DNA from: Candidatus Saccharimonadota bacterium
Lineage (GTDB): Bacteria; Patescibacteriota; Saccharimonadia; Saccharimonadales; UBA10212
Assembly (NCBI GenBank): GCA_013815775.1
Contig: JACDFN010000001.1
Location: forward strand, 241,858-305,857
Length of the DNA stretch: 64,000 bases
Direction of reading: 5' to 3'
Shown here: positions 46,173 to 56,949 of the stretch, piece after piece
How positions within the stretch are numbered: position 1 is the first letter of the stretch
Layout: each line of letters opens with the position of its first letter
The notes under the pieces: model-generated
The model's database searches: none
What the model was told of the DNA's origin: nothing
The model's input: the letters and a program-made list of their open reading frames with translations, nothing else
Translations under genes and position numbers: made by a program

Positions 46173-46294
46173 TATGGTCAACAGTGGTTGTCAAGTAAAG
46201 CTAGATTTCTAAGGTGTTACTTAGTATAATTATTTTGTTTTAAGGCATTGGCGCTGCTGGCTAGCGCTTCTTTTAATAATCTAGTTCACGATAC

Positions 46295-46371
<77 letters not shown>

Positions 46372-46416
46372 TAAACGGCCAAATAAACGGTTGTTTAAAA
46401 TTTTATAAGGAGCTAC

Positions 46417-47103
46417 ATGAGACTAAATGCATTTTTGGCTAGGGCAGGCATTACTTCACGCAGAAAAGCAGATGAACTCATTAAAGCTGGCAGAGTAACT
46501 GTGAACGGAAAGAACGGGCAACTTAATTCTAATGTTGACCAAAACGACCAAGTAGCCCTTGATGGCAAGGCGGTTGGGGCTCAAAAACTGCGATACATTT
46601 TGATAAACAAGCCGACAGGTACTGTCACGACCCTAAAAGACCCGCACGGCCGTAAAAAAATAATTGATCTTGTTAATATTTCTGAACGGGTAGTTCCAGT
46701 AGGCAGGCTGGACTGGGATACTACAGGTGCATTGCTGCTGACTAATGACGGGGAGCTAGCAAATCAACTTATGCATCCCTCTTTTAAAGTAAATAAAACT
46801 TACACGGCTACCGTTCAAGGAGAACTTACCGAAGATAAGTTGAACAAATTGCGCCGCGGGGTAATGTTGGATGATGGCCCCAGTGCACCAGCCCAAGTCC
46901 GTGCGCTTACCAGCAGCAAAATCGAGATAATAATTCACGAGGGTCGCAACCATTTGGTTAAACGGATGCTAGGGACGGTCGATTTAAAAGTAACCGCACT
47001 GCATAGGAGCATTTACGAAGAATTAGATTTAACTGAACTTAGACCTGGGCAATGGCGGGATTTGACAAAAAAAGAGATTTTGCAGCTTAGGATGGTAAAA
47101 TAG
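46417..47103 (+). CDS. rRNA pseudouridine synthase, RsuA/RluB family (S4 domain plus PseudoU_synth_2)
   Basis: S4 N-terminus (MRLNAFLARAGITSRRKADELIKAGRVTVNG) and catalytic GRLDWDTTGALLLTNDG. Confidence 0.8.
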   Translation: MRLNAFLARAGITSRRKADELIKAGRVTVNGKNGQLNSNVDQNDQVALDGKAVGAQKLRYILINKPTGTVTTLKDPHGRKKIIDLVNISERVVPVGRLDWDTTGALLLTNDGELANQLMHPSFKVNKTYTATVQGELTEDKLNKLRRGVMLDDGPSAPAQVRALTSSKIEIIIHEGRNHLVKRMLGTVDLKVTALHRSIYEELDLTELRPGQWRDLTKKEILQLRMVK

Positions 47104-47108
47104 CCGAT

Positions 47109-48095
47109 ATGGCAGCGCCGAAGAAGAACCCGAAACGTACAGCTAGTAAAAAAACAAGAAGACCAGTTCGACCCGGTACTAAAGCACCGAGATCCGAGAA
47201 GGTTCAGGCCGCGTTTGTTAAAACCGCGCTCAACCGTACCGTGCTGGTAGTCCTTGCTGCAATAGTTACGGGATTATTGATTGTCGGCGGAATATTTTTA
47301 TGGTTTACGAGGGTGTATGCAGATCCGGAAAATGTATTCTGGGGAATGATCGACAATAACTTGGCCAGTATGAGCGTAACTAAAGAAGCCAGCCAAAAAG
47401 ACCAAGGTGGAAGCAGCGTGGAGTATACGCAGCTCAGCTGGAATCCAGAACCAAAAGTCCGCACTGTCCGACAGCTCTCATATGCTGAGGCTAACGGACC
47501 AGTCAAGCTGGTTCTGGAGGGCATTTTGACCCCCACTGACGAATATCAGCATTATGCCCGGATTGAACGTCCTGGTGACGGCGGTAAGGACTATAGCAAA
47601 ATTTATAGTCTCTGGCTGAAGAATGGGGGAACCGGAGCAAAAGGCGGAGCAGCCGGCTTCAATAACAACGTATATAGCGCAGTTTTATTTGGTAATTTTG
47701 AACGTCCGGATAGGACCAAAATAACGGCTGAGCTAAGGAAAGCATATAAAGTCGATATGACCAGGGTTGACAAGAAAGTTGATAATGGCCGCAGAGTCTA
47801 TATTTACCAGGCCTCCCTGAATCTCCAAAAGTATGCCAGTGCTGCTCGTTTATACGCTCAAAAAATGGGTCTACCTAATGCTGCTTTCATTAACCCAAAC
47901 AATTATAAATCCACAGATTTAGTTCCTCTCAAGCTGACTGTCGATGTATTATCCCGACAAATAAGAACCATAGAGTATCAAGACTCCCGCACCGAAACGT
48001 ATACGGGCTATGGAATACCGGCACAGATAAGTCTACCTCAAAAGACAGCTACCTCAGCCGAACTACAAAAAGCAATTGAAGCTGCTACTAAGTAG
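47109..48095 (+). CDS. hypothetical membrane-anchored protein
   Basis: Basic N-terminus, one TM, ~260-aa extracytoplasmic domain. Confidence 0.55.
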   Translation: MAAPKKNPKRTASKKTRRPVRPGTKAPRSEKVQAAFVKTALNRTVLVVLAAIVTGLLIVGGIFLWFTRVYADPENVFWGMIDNNLASMSVTKEASQKDQGGSSVEYTQLSWNPEPKVRTVRQLSYAEANGPVKLVLEGILTPTDEYQHYARIERPGDGGKDYSKIYSLWLKNGGTGAKGGAAGFNNNVYSAVLFGNFERPDRTKITAELRKAYKVDMTRVDKKVDNGRRVYIYQASLNLQKYASAARLYAQKMGLPNAAFINPNNYKSTDLVPLKLTVDVLSRQIRTIEYQDSRTETYTGYGIPAQISLPQKTATSAELQKAIEAATK

Positions 48096-48155
48096 CTTTT
48101 AAAGAGCAGCGTCTTGCTATACTAAGGGGTATATGAAAAAGGCCCTTCAGCGGCT

Positions 48156-49433
48156 ATGCAAAAATTAGCTAAAGGTATAATAGCCAGTGTCTTGGGGTGG
48201 CAGGTTAAACGCCTGTGCCAAAAAAATAAACTAAAAATTGTTGTCGTAGCTGGAAGCATAGGAAAAACAAGCACTAAACTCGCCATAGCTCAGGTACTGG
48301 GCCAAAAGCATAAAGTTCAATTTCAATCAGGCAACTATAACGACCCGGTGAGTGTGCCGCTAGTTTTTTTTAATCGTAGCTTGCCCAATATTTATAACCC
48401 GCTAGCCTGGCTCTTGATTATCTGGAAGAACGAACAAACAATTTATCAGCAATATCCATATGAGATTGTTGTTTTAGAACTTGGCACGGACGGCCCAGGC
48501 CAAATCGAAAAGTTTAGGCGCTATATTCAAGCGGATATTGCCGTTATTACGGCAATATCCGCTGAGCATATGGAATTTTTTGACGATATTGACGCAGTAG
48601 CAAAAGAGGAATTAGCAGTTCTACCCTTTAGCGATAAAGTATTTGTCAATAAAGACTTAATTCCGCAGGACTACCTGGGTGATTTACCGGTTGAAGCTAT
48701 AACATACGGGGTTAAGTCTCAAGCAGAAGTTCGTATGGTAAATGTTAAATTTGACGACCAGAGCGCTAGCTTTGACATCATCCACGGTTCGGAAACAATT
48801 GCCAAAGCTAAACATGAACAAATTACAGAGCCCCAACTTTATTCCATCTGTGCAGCTGCTGCGGTAGGTGAAAATCTGGGCTTAAGTTCAGAATTAATCG
48901 AGAGAGGTATTACAACTATAAAGCCTGTTGCTGGACGAATGCAGCACTTTCAAGGTGTAAACGGAACCTTAATAATAGACGATACCTACAATGCTAGCCC
49001 AGAAGCTATGCGCGGCGCCTTAGATACGCTTTACCGCCTGAAAGCTAGCCGAAAGATTGCCATTTTAGGCAATATGAACGAACTGGGAGGTTACTCACAA
49101 TCTGAACATCGAAAAATTGGAGAATACTGCGACCCCAGGGAACTATCATTAGTTGCCACTCTAGGACCCGACGCTAACAAATACTTAGCTCCCGCTGCCG
49201 AATTAAAGGGGTGCAGTGTAAAGCAGTTTAATACGCCTTACGAGCTGGGAAGTTATATCAAGTCTATAGTTTCTCCCGGAACGGTCATACTTGCAAAGGG
49301 TTCTCAAAATAAAGTGTTTGCAGAAGAAGCCGTAAAAATACTACTAAGTAACCCTGGCGACGTGTCTCAATTGGTTAGACAGAGCAAAGATTGGCTAAAA
49401 ATAAAACAAAAAAACTTTAAAGGGACCACTTGA
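48156..49433 (+). CDS. murF: Mur ligase, MurF-like (UDP-MurNAc-tripeptide--D-Ala-D-Ala ligase), lacking the N-terminal domain
   Basis: P-loop VAGSIGKTSTK and DDTYNASP signature, with a Mur ligase C-domain. Immediately followed by ddl. Confidence 0.7.
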   Translation: MQKLAKGIIASVLGWQVKRLCQKNKLKIVVVAGSIGKTSTKLAIAQVLGQKHKVQFQSGNYNDPVSVPLVFFNRSLPNIYNPLAWLLIIWKNEQTIYQQYPYEIVVLELGTDGPGQIEKFRRYIQADIAVITAISAEHMEFFDDIDAVAKEELAVLPFSDKVFVNKDLIPQDYLGDLPVEAITYGVKSQAEVRMVNVKFDDQSASFDIIHGSETIAKAKHEQITEPQLYSICAAAAVGENLGLSSELIERGITTIKPVAGRMQHFQGVNGTLIIDDTYNASPEAMRGALDTLYRLKASRKIAILGNMNELGGYSQSEHRKIGEYCDPRELSLVATLGPDANKYLAPAAELKGCSVKQFNTPYELGSYIKSIVSPGTVILAKGSQNKVFAEEAVKILLSNPGDVSQLVRQSKDWLKIKQKNFKGTT

Positions 49434-50341
49434 TGAAGGTAATTATACTGGGCGGAGGCAACTCTCCGGAGAGGGAGGTTTCTCTGCGATCAGCTAGCGC
49501 CGTTGCTGATGCTGCACGGAAAGCGGGTTTCGATGTACAGGAGGAAGACCCAGCTGACGGGCTAGGTTTTTTGGACGATCTGGGTAAATCTGACGTCGTA
49601 TTACCAATCCTACACGGCAAAGGTGGCGAAGATGGTTTAATCCAAAAAGAATTTGAAGATAGGAATTTGATTTTCTTGGGTTCAGGCAGTAGCTCATCGG
49701 CTCGTTGTTTCGATAAATGGCTAACCAGGCAGGACTTATTAAAATCCGAGCTTCCCATACCAGAGGGCGCCTTAGTTACTCATGAAACTTACCGTCAGCA
49801 TGAGTTTTCTCAAAAACCGCATGTTTTGAAAGTTGCCAGAGGGGGGTCAAGCATAGGAACTTTGATAGTGAGGGACAGTAGAAGGGTCACTGAGCTGGAA
49901 GTAGTCGAGATTTTTAAACTAGATAGACAGGCTGTTCTTGAGGAGTTAATTGTTGGCACCGAACTAACAGTACCGATATTAGATCAAAAGGCGCTGACCC
50001 CCATAGAGATTAAGCCTCCAGATGGACTGGAATTCAATTATGAAAACAAATATAACGGTGCTACAGCTGAACTTTGTCCACCAGCGTCTGTGTCCCAAGA
50101 AGTTCAGGACCGCGCTAAGCTCTTAGCAGAGCAAGTTCATCAGGTAATGAAATGTCGACACTTGTCTCGGATCGACATGATAGTAGATAAAGCGGGAGAT
50201 ATTAAGATCTTAGAAATCAATACAATGCCAGGACTAACCGGCCAAAGCTTGTACCCCAAATCAGCAGCCGTCGCCGGACTAGATATGAGCCAATTAGTTA
50301 CAAGATTTGTTGAGCTTGCCACCCGCGACGGCTCCGCCTAG
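49430..50341 (+). CDS. ddl: D-alanine--D-alanine ligase
   Basis: ATP-grasp fold with N-terminal MKVIILGGGNSPEREVSLRSA. ATGA-coupled to murF. Confidence 0.85.
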   Translation: MMKVIILGGGNSPEREVSLRSASAVADAARKAGFDVQEEDPADGLGFLDDLGKSDVVLPILHGKGGEDGLIQKEFEDRNLIFLGSGSSSSARCFDKWLTRQDLLKSELPIPEGALVTHETYRQHEFSQKPHVLKVARGGSSIGTLIVRDSRRVTELEVVEIFKLDRQAVLEELIVGTELTVPILDQKALTPIEIKPPDGLEFNYENKYNGATAELCPPASVSQEVQDRAKLLAEQVHQVMKCRHLSRIDMIVDKAGDIKILEINTMPGLTGQSLYPKSAAVAGLDMSQLVTRFVELATRDGSA

Positions 50342-50386
50342 ACTACCTTTCATCTTTTAATGGGAGTAAGTTAAACTAAAAACAGT

Positions 50387-52843
50387 ATGAGGCGTTACAA
50401 CCCCAAAGAAATTGAACCCAAATGGCAAAAAACATGGCAAGAAAACCAGATTTACCAGGCCACCGAGAGTGATGGTAAGCCGAAGCATTATGTCTTGGAA
50501 TATTTTCCTTATCCTAGTGGATCGGCAATGCATGTTGGGCATGTCCGTAACTATACTATCGGAGATGTAGTTTCCCGAACCAAGCGCATGCAAGGCTTTA
50601 GTGTGCTGCACCCAATGGGCTGGGATGCTTTCGGTCTGCCGGCTGAAAACTACGCAATTAAAACCAATATCAGTCCCCAAGAAGCAGTGGCTAAAAACGT
50701 TGCTAATTTTAAAAAACAGCTAATCCAAATGGGCTTTAGCTATGACTGGAGCCGCGAACTTAATAGCACGGACCCAGAGTATTACAAATGGACCCAATGG
50801 TTCTTCTTACTCTTGTTTAAGAAAGGCTTGGCTTATCAAAAAGAGAGTCTGCAATGGTGGTGCCCGCACGACAAAACCGTACTGGCCAATGAGCAAGTTG
50901 AGAATGGGCGCTGCTGGCGCTGTGGTCATTTGGTAGAAAAAAAAGCTTTGAAGCAATGGTTTTTTAGAATAACTGACTACGCCGATCGACTAGCTAAAGA
51001 CTTGGATAAAGTTGATTGGTCAGAGGGTATAAAAGCCATGCAACGCAACTGGATAGGTAGGAGCGAAGGAGCACAAATAAGCTTTCAAGTTGAAAACAGC
51101 AGCGAGCAGTTAAAAGTTTTTACTACTCGTCCCGACACCATATACGGAGCAACATTTTTAGTTCTGGCACCCGAGCATAAATTAGTTAACAAGTTAAGTA
51201 ATTCTGGCAGACGCTCCGAAATAGAAAAATACACAGCCGAGGCGGAGCGTAAAAACGATATAGACCGCATGGAAACAGAACGCGAAAAAACTGGTGTCTT
51301 TACCGGCTCGTACGGCGTCAACCCGGCAAATGGTCAGAAAATTCCAATCTGGGTAGCCGACTATGTGCTGCCAGGGTATGGAACTGGCGCAATTATGGCT
51401 GTTCCCGCTCACGATGAGCGGGACTGGCAGTTTGCTAAGAAATTTGACTTACCAATTATTCACGCTTACAGCCAGGAGGGTAAGAAAGAAGACCAATCCT
51501 ACTGGGGTGAAGGGGTTATCAAGAATTCCGATAAATACGACGGAATTACTACCCAGGAAGCTAGAAAACAAATTACCTTAGACCTGACGAGTAAAAAAAT
51601 GGCTGAAAACGTAACGAATTATAAAATTAGGGACTGGTTGATTAGCCGACAGCGTTATTGGGGTGCGCCGATTCCGATTATCCATTGTCCTAAGCACGGC
51701 GCTGTACCGGTTCCAGAAGATCAACTACCGGTGATATTACCCGAAATGGACAGCTACGAACCAAGTGGCGATGGCCGCAGCCCTTTGGCACGCGTGCCGG
51801 AATTCGTTAATACTAAATGTCCTGTTTGCGGCGAACCGGCGCAGCGCGAAACTGACACCATGGACGGCTTTGCGTGCTCAAGCTGGTACTTTCTACGTTT
51901 TGCTGATCCCCATAATAGCGTTGAACCCTTTTCTAAAGAGAAGGCTAAGTTTTGGCTACCAGTGGATGATTACATAGGCGGCGCCGAGCATGCCGTAATG
52001 CATCTACTATACGCGCGCTTCTGGACCAAGGTTATGTATGACGAAGGTCTAATAAGTTTTGATGAACCGTTTTCTACACTTCGAAACCACGGTATGATTT
52101 TAGCCCCTGACGGCAATAAGATGAGTAAAAGCAAGAACAATACAATAGAGCCAGACGAAATCATTAATCAGGGTTACGGTGCGGATTCTATAAGGTTGAT
52201 GGAGTTGTTCATCGGGCCGTGGAATCAATCGGCAAACTGGAGTGTTGAGGGTTTGGCTGGCATGTACCGCTTTTTGCAGCGAGTATGGGTGATAGTATTT
52301 GAGTTTACTGAAGCTGGTGAATCAAAGACAGAAAGAAACATTGAATTAGAGCTAGGTATAAACAGGTCGGTCCACAAGGCCATTAAAAAAGTTAACTCAG
52401 ACATAAAGGACTTGGGGTTCAACACAGCACTATCCGCACTGATGGAATGCGTTAACCAGCTTTATAAGATGAAGAGTCCAGAAAATTTCACACAAGCCCA
52501 CGATAGCTGGAAGACCGCATTAGAGAATGTCCTGATTCTTCTGGCGCCGTTTGCACCCCATATCACTGAAGAATTATGGAAAGAGCTGGGTCACAATAAT
52601 TCCATACATCTAAGCGCTTGGCCGAGTTGGGATGAACATCTAGTTGCAGAAAACTTAATAAATCTGGCTATCCAGATTAACGGAAAAGTAAAAGCCGCTA
52701 TTTTAGTTGCAGCAAACGCAACCGAAGAAGAAGTCGTAAGATTGGCACGAAATGAAAAAAGTGTCTCCAAGCATCTTGAGGGTAAAACTATTAAAAAGAC
52801 AGTTTATATTCCTGGACGGATAGTCAGTTTAGTCGTGACTTAA
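50387..52843 (+). CDS. leuS: leucine--tRNA ligase
   Basis: HIGH-class motif HVGHVRNYTIGD, KMSKS, and CP1 editing and zinc-binding domains. Confidence 0.95.
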   Translation: MRRYNPKEIEPKWQKTWQENQIYQATESDGKPKHYVLEYFPYPSGSAMHVGHVRNYTIGDVVSRTKRMQGFSVLHPMGWDAFGLPAENYAIKTNISPQEAVAKNVANFKKQLIQMGFSYDWSRELNSTDPEYYKWTQWFFLLLFKKGLAYQKESLQWWCPHDKTVLANEQVENGRCWRCGHLVEKKALKQWFFRITDYADRLAKDLDKVDWSEGIKAMQRNWIGRSEGAQISFQVENSSEQLKVFTTRPDTIYGATFLVLAPEHKLVNKLSNSGRRSEIEKYTAEAERKNDIDRMETEREKTGVFTGSYGVNPANGQKIPIWVADYVLPGYGTGAIMAVPAHDERDWQFAKKFDLPIIHAYSQEGKKEDQSYWGEGVIKNSDKYDGITTQEARKQITLDLTSKKMAENVTNYKIRDWLISRQRYWGAPIPIIHCPKHGAVPVPEDQLPVILPEMDSYEPSGDGRSPLARVPEFVNTKCPVCGEPAQRETDTMDGFACSSWYFLRFADPHNSVEPFSKEKAKFWLPVDDYIGGAEHAVMHLLYARFWTKVMYDEGLISFDEPFSTLRNHGMILAPDGNKMSKSKNNTIEPDEIINQGYGADSIRLMELFIGPWNQSANWSVEGLAGMYRFLQRVWVIVFEFTEAGESKTERNIELELGINRSVHKAIKKVNSDIKDLGFNTALSALMECVNQLYKMKSPENFTQAHDSWKTALENVLILLAPFAPHITEELWKELGHNNSIHLSAWPSWDEHLVAENLINLAIQINGKVKAAILVAANATEEEVVRLARNEKSVSKHLEGKTIKKTVYIPGRIVSLVVT

Positions 52844-52845
52844 GC

Positions 52846-52873
52846 TTGATATTTAGCCATTAACAGGTATAAT
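52846..52873 (+). promoter_or_regulatory. sigma70-like promoter TTGATA-16-TATAAT upstream of rpmF
   Basis: Read directly from the sequence. Confidence 0.4.
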
Positions 52874-52922
52874 AACCCCTAAGCCTTTTAGTATTAAGTA
52901 TAGGTCCAGGAAGGATTTACTA

Positions 52923-53068
52923 GTGGGAAAACCCAAAAAGAGAACGAGTGCCCGGCGCACGGGCATGCGTAGAAGCCACATAGTGCTCAAGTTGGCCCGA
53001 CGGGTGAATGCCACTAGCCCAGTAGTAGTACGGATAGGCAGGAGACATCAGTTAAAGGCTGAAGTCCC
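52923..53068 (+). CDS. rpmF: 50S ribosomal protein L32 (unannotated small ORF, GTG start)
   Basis: MGKPKKRTSARRTGMRRSHIVLK... matches the bL32 N-terminal consensus (PKKRTS..R...RRSH). AGGAAGGA SD 5 nt upstream. Confidence 0.6.
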
Positions 53069-53157
53069 TAAGGAATAAATAATACTGCCCTAAACCAGTC
53101 GCCAAACCGTGGGGTATACTGGTAGGTAAGCACCTTTAAGAAGAAGGATTTGGAAAT

Positions 53158-53640
53158 ATGGCATCCAATCGTCACCTTGGCCGCATAGTTGCTCTGCAAA
53201 CTCTTTATGAGCAGGATTTTCGTCGTGGGTGCGATGACCAAAATTTTGCCCTTGAAGAGATACTCGTTCGAAATATTGATCGCTATAGAGAAACTATCGA
53301 CGACAAGGAATTCATCGAGCAACTGGTTGCTGGTGTTGACCAGAAGCAGGTCGAACTAGACGAAATTATTCGCCCAGTAGCACCTGAATGGCCCATAGAA
53401 CAAATAGCTCGAATAGACAAGGTGGTACTGCGTATAGGGGTTTATGAGCTGCTGTTTGAAAAAGGCGTACCGCCAAAGGTGGTAATCAACGAAGCTGTGG
53501 AGCTCGCTAAAGCCTTTGGAGGAGATAACTCCTCCAAATTCATTAACGGTGTACTAGGAACGGTCCTTAGAAATCACGAAAATAAAAAAGTTTCTTCCAC
53601 TGCACCAAAAAAAGTAAGCAAACCTAAGAAAGAGGAGTAA
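53158..53640 (+). CDS. nusB: transcription antitermination factor NusB
   Basis: [18 protein letters not shown]-terminus and an all-alpha NusB fold, with a C-terminal basic extension. Confidence 0.8.
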   Translation: MASNRHLGRIVALQTLYEQDFRRGCDDQNFALEEILVRNIDRYRETIDDKEFIEQLVAGVDQKQVELDEIIRPVAPEWPIEQIARIDKVVLRIGVYELLFEKGVPPKVVINEAVELAKAFGGDNSSKFINGVLGTVLRNHENKKVSSTAPKKVSKPKKEE

Positions 53641-53650
53641 ACTTTCTGTC

Positions 53651-54154
53651 GTGAAAAGGCCTAAGCCAATTGTTGGCTTTCGAAAATTGGTTCAAAAGCA
53701 CAGACCAGCAATTTCTGAGGTGGTCCGAGAACCCACCGCCGGCGGTGTAATTTATAGGCATTCTCGGATAAACCCGGGAGTTGTAGAAATTTTATTGATT
53801 CAAGATTCTAAGGGTAGGTGGACAATCCCTAAGGGTCATATTGAAGAAGGTGAAAACGCACGGCAAACCGCCGAGAGAGAGATTCGCGAAGAAACTGGGC
53901 TACAAAAAATGAAAGTCAGCGATTGGCTGGGTAAAATAAATTTCCGCTACCGCCGGGGGAGTAGCTTGGTGCTAATGACTACCGAAATTTTTTTAGTTGA
54001 AGCACTGGGCGACACCAATAAAATAAAACCAGAAAAATGGATGACCAGTCTAGCTTGGCTGCCCGCTCCGCAGGCTCTGGACAAGATCGAATATGAAGAT
54101 ATTGGCAAGCTAATTCTTCTGGGGTTGAAAAAGATTAGAAAAGCGGCATTATAA
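53651..54154 (+). CDS. NUDIX hydrolase
   Basis: Nudix box GHIEEGENARQTAEREIREETGL. Confidence 0.75.
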   Translation: MKRPKPIVGFRKLVQKHRPAISEVVREPTAGGVIYRHSRINPGVVEILLIQDSKGRWTIPKGHIEEGENARQTAEREIREETGLQKMKVSDWLGKINFRYRRGSSLVLMTTEIFLVEALGDTNKIKPEKWMTSLAWLPAPQALDKIEYEDIGKLILLGLKKIRKAAL

Positions 54155-54174
54155 TAAAGAACGTTTAAAAACCT

Positions 54175-54873
54175 ATGGACATTATAAAATACCAAGACTT
54201 TGCTAAAACTCAATTTGATGGCTTTGAAAACATAGAACTATTGATCACCTCCTTTACCCATCGTTCATACATAAACGAGCACAAGAAAACAGCCTCTGGG
54301 CATAATGAGAGACTTGAATTTTTGGGAGACGCAGTGCTTGAACTTATTGTTACAGAATATTTGTACAATAATTATCCAGAACCAGAGGGCATTCTCACCA
54401 ACTGGCGCAGCGCACTGGTACGCACCGAAAGCATCAGTGCTGCTGCGGCGAGAGAAGGGTTTGAACCGCTGTTAAGATTATCTAGAGGCGAAAAGCGCGG
54501 AAGTCAGCGTGCACGCGAGCAAATTCTTGCCAACACATACGAAGCAGTGGTAGGGGCTCTCTATCTCGAAAAAGGTTACGATGCTACTAAGGCATTTATT
54601 GAAAAAAGCCTGTTATCTACCCTAGATGAAATTCTAACCAGTGGTTCATGGCTGGACCCTAAATCTCGTTTGCAGGAAATGGTTCAAAGTAAAGAAGGTT
54701 TTACTCCTATTTACAAACTTATAACCGAAGAGGGCCCTGACCATGATAAGACATTTGTCATTGGAGCATATGTCGACAATGACCTCAAGGGTCAAGGTAC
54801 GGGGCCTAGCAAGCAAGCCGCTCAGGTGGCCGCGGCCACTGCAGCTTTAAAGCGCTACATTAAGGAGAATTGA
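54175..54873 (+). CDS. rnc: ribonuclease III
   Basis: RNase III signature ERLEFLGDAVLELIV plus a C-terminal dsRBD. Confidence 0.9.
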   Translation: MDIIKYQDFAKTQFDGFENIELLITSFTHRSYINEHKKTASGHNERLEFLGDAVLELIVTEYLYNNYPEPEGILTNWRSALVRTESISAAAAREGFEPLLRLSRGEKRGSQRAREQILANTYEAVVGALYLEKGYDATKAFIEKSLLSTLDEILTSGSWLDPKSRLQEMVQSKEGFTPIYKLITEEGPDHDKTFVIGAYVDNDLKGQGTGPSKQAAQVAAATAALKRYIKEN

Positions 54874-54959
54874 CAGAGGTGAACACTTTAGGTACAATAA
54901 GCAATCGAAATCTTAATCGCCAAGCGCGTAGTCAAAACTCCAGGGAGACGGTTTAATAA

Positions 54960-55436
54960 ATGTTAGCTATTCGTATGCAGCGCAAAGGCCGAAGCGGCCA
55001 TGCCCAGTTTCGACTGGTGGTTCAAGATAGCCGATTTACCCCTACCAGCGGTAGGGTAGTGGCTTACCTGGGTAGCTATGATCCTCACACTAAAGTAGCC
55101 GCACTAGACAAAGACAAAGCCACGCAATATTTAAAAAATGGTGCGCAACCTTCTGACCGGGCAGCTCGAATAATGAAAAAAGAGGGCGTTAAAATACCGG
55201 ATTGGGTGAAGCTATCAAGTCCCGGCAAGCGAGCTACTCGTCATCCGGAAAAATTGCGTCGCAATCGTCCAGCGGAAGCAGAGGTCCCAGAGCCAGTCAA
55301 AGAAGAAGCAGCCGCACAGCAGACCGAAGCAATAGAAAATCAAGTCCAAGAGTCAAAAGAGTTGGAAGCAACCGATAAGCAATCTGTAGAAACAGAAGAG
55401 GTTGCAAGCAAGTCAGCTGAAAAAACGAGCACATAA
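54960..55436 (+). CDS. rpsP: 30S ribosomal protein S16 with a C-terminal extension
   Basis: MLAIRMQRKGRSGHAQFRLVV...SGRVVAYLGSYDP. Confidence 0.85.
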   Translation: MLAIRMQRKGRSGHAQFRLVVQDSRFTPTSGRVVAYLGSYDPHTKVAALDKDKATQYLKNGAQPSDRAARIMKKEGVKIPDWVKLSSPGKRATRHPEKLRRNRPAEAEVPEPVKEEAAAQQTEAIENQVQESKELEATDKQSVETEEVASKSAEKTST

Positions 55437-55545
55437 GAAAAACTACCGGCATCGCAAGAGGAGTCAAAGGCCTAAAAACCTAAAATCTTACTCGTCAGCC
55501 CTGATATAATATTAAGTATTCTGCCGTAACTAAAGGAGAGACTAA

Positions 55546-56082
55546 ATGAACAGCATCGACCAGCAATTCATAGAATACATTATCAAATCGCTAGTAAGTA
55601 ACCCGGACGCGGTAAAAGTAGAGCGCCGGATTGATGAAAAAGGAGTTTTATTGGAGCTCACCGTTGACCCCGAAGACCTAGGACGGGTAATCGGAAAGCG
55701 GGGGGCCACCGCTCAAAGCCTTCGTACATTACTACGTGCCCTGGGTACTAAGAATGATGCCCGCTATAATCTTAAGATAGTAGACACAGGCTATCCTTCT
55801 CGTGATAACGAAGGTGGTGGTTCTGATGATGTTGCGTCAACTGGACATAGTTCGGCCACAGCAGCTGATGATACTCAGGCCCCGACTCAAGATGATGATA
55901 CCTCAACCCCACTCGGCGGTACCGACGAGAGCACTTCCGTTTCTACGACCAGAGATGACCTTGATGAGTTACGAGACGAGGATGATGTTGCTCTGCCGCA
56001 GTCGTCAGAAAGCAGTAGGCATTCTGATGTACTCAGCCAAACTCGAAAAGAACTTGCCGAACTCGATGATTTAGACGTCTAG
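55546..56082 (+). CDS. KH-domain RNA-binding protein (YlqC/UPF0109-like) with a long acidic disordered tail
   Basis: KH core VIGKRGATAQSLRTLLRALG; sits in the rpsP neighbourhood. Confidence 0.7.
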   Translation: MNSIDQQFIEYIIKSLVSNPDAVKVERRIDEKGVLLELTVDPEDLGRVIGKRGATAQSLRTLLRALGTKNDARYNLKIVDTGYPSRDNEGGGSDDVASTGHSSATAADDTQAPTQDDDTSTPLGGTDESTSVSTTRDDLDELRDEDDVALPQSSESSRHSDVLSQTRKELAELDDLDV

Positions 56083-56172
56083 TGACATCTGTTGCGCCGA
56101 TGCCCGGATCCGCCAGAATTGACTTATAAGCCTCTTATGGTAATCTGAGGGCAAGAAGTTAAGCATATAAAT

Positions 56173-56949
56173 ATGTCAGAAGAGCCGCCACAAATTCCAC
56201 CCGCTGAGGAGTTATCAGAAGATAACACTACGTCTTTACAGTATGCCGGTGAGGATGAGGTAGTTTCGCCTGAAGGCGCTGCTGACCCCCAAGCTCGTAA
56301 TGAAGGCCATTCGGTCAAAACTTCTGAAGACACCCGCATCCAAGATCCCGAAGAAGCGCATGTAAAGGCACTCGCTGGCAATGAGGAACGTTCAAACGCG
56401 GCTGGTCATAGAGGAGCAGCTGAAATGGTTGGAGGAAACTCTCCTGCCGCAGAAAGAGTTAGTGAAATTGCCGTGAACGCTGCTATAGAAGCAGATTCAA
56501 CAGCGACTAAACTTGAAGAAGAAGTCGGCAAACAATACGAGGAGCAGAAAAGTACTTCACAAGAATTATCTGCAACCACTCAAGAAACACAAACTATTTC
56601 AGGATCTGGAGAGAATACTGCCAGTATAGAGTTAGTACCTAACGAAGAGCTGTCACACGAAGACCAGGCAAGAATATTAGAGCACATGGCTTCGCTTCTA
56701 AGAAAACATTCTATAAGCCCAGCATATCGTGAAGCACATTTATCTATGGGAGGCGATATATCCACGGCGGAAGGACTGGTTACATTAGGCCTCAAAGCTC
56801 ATAGACAGGCGCAGGGGTTTGATGAATTAAAATATAAAGACCCAGTGCAAGCACTTGCTAAATTGGAAGAAGCTAAATCCTTCGTACAAGTACTAGCTGA
56901 TATTGAAAGCGGCGTAGCCAGCAATGACGATTACCAAAAGACTGAGTGA
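56173..56949 (+). CDS. acidic hypothetical protein (not recognisably RimM)
   Basis: 258 aa, E/D/S-rich, occupying the position where rimM usually lies between the KH gene and trmD. Confidence 0.5.
   Translation: MSEEPPQIPPAEELSEDNTTSLQYAGEDEVVSPEGAADPQARNEGHSVKTSEDTRIQDPEEAHVKALAGNEERSNAAGHRGAAEMVGGNSPAAERVSEIAVNAAIEADSTATKLEEEVGKQYEEQKSTSQELSATTQETQTISGSGENTASIELVPNEELSHEDQARILEHMASLLRKHSISPAYREAHLSMGGDISTAEGLVTLGLKAHRQAQGFDELKYKDPVQALAKLEEAKSFVQVLADIESGVASNDDYQKTE

Noticed and set aside
50387-50400. T-box leaders upstream of leuS and alaS
   Set aside because: Intergenic regions are under 75 nt with no specifier-loop/antiterminator architecture.
53068-53322. 84-aa minus-strand ORF
   Set aside because: Antisense to the nusB 5' region and abutting rpmF; no RBS; spurious.
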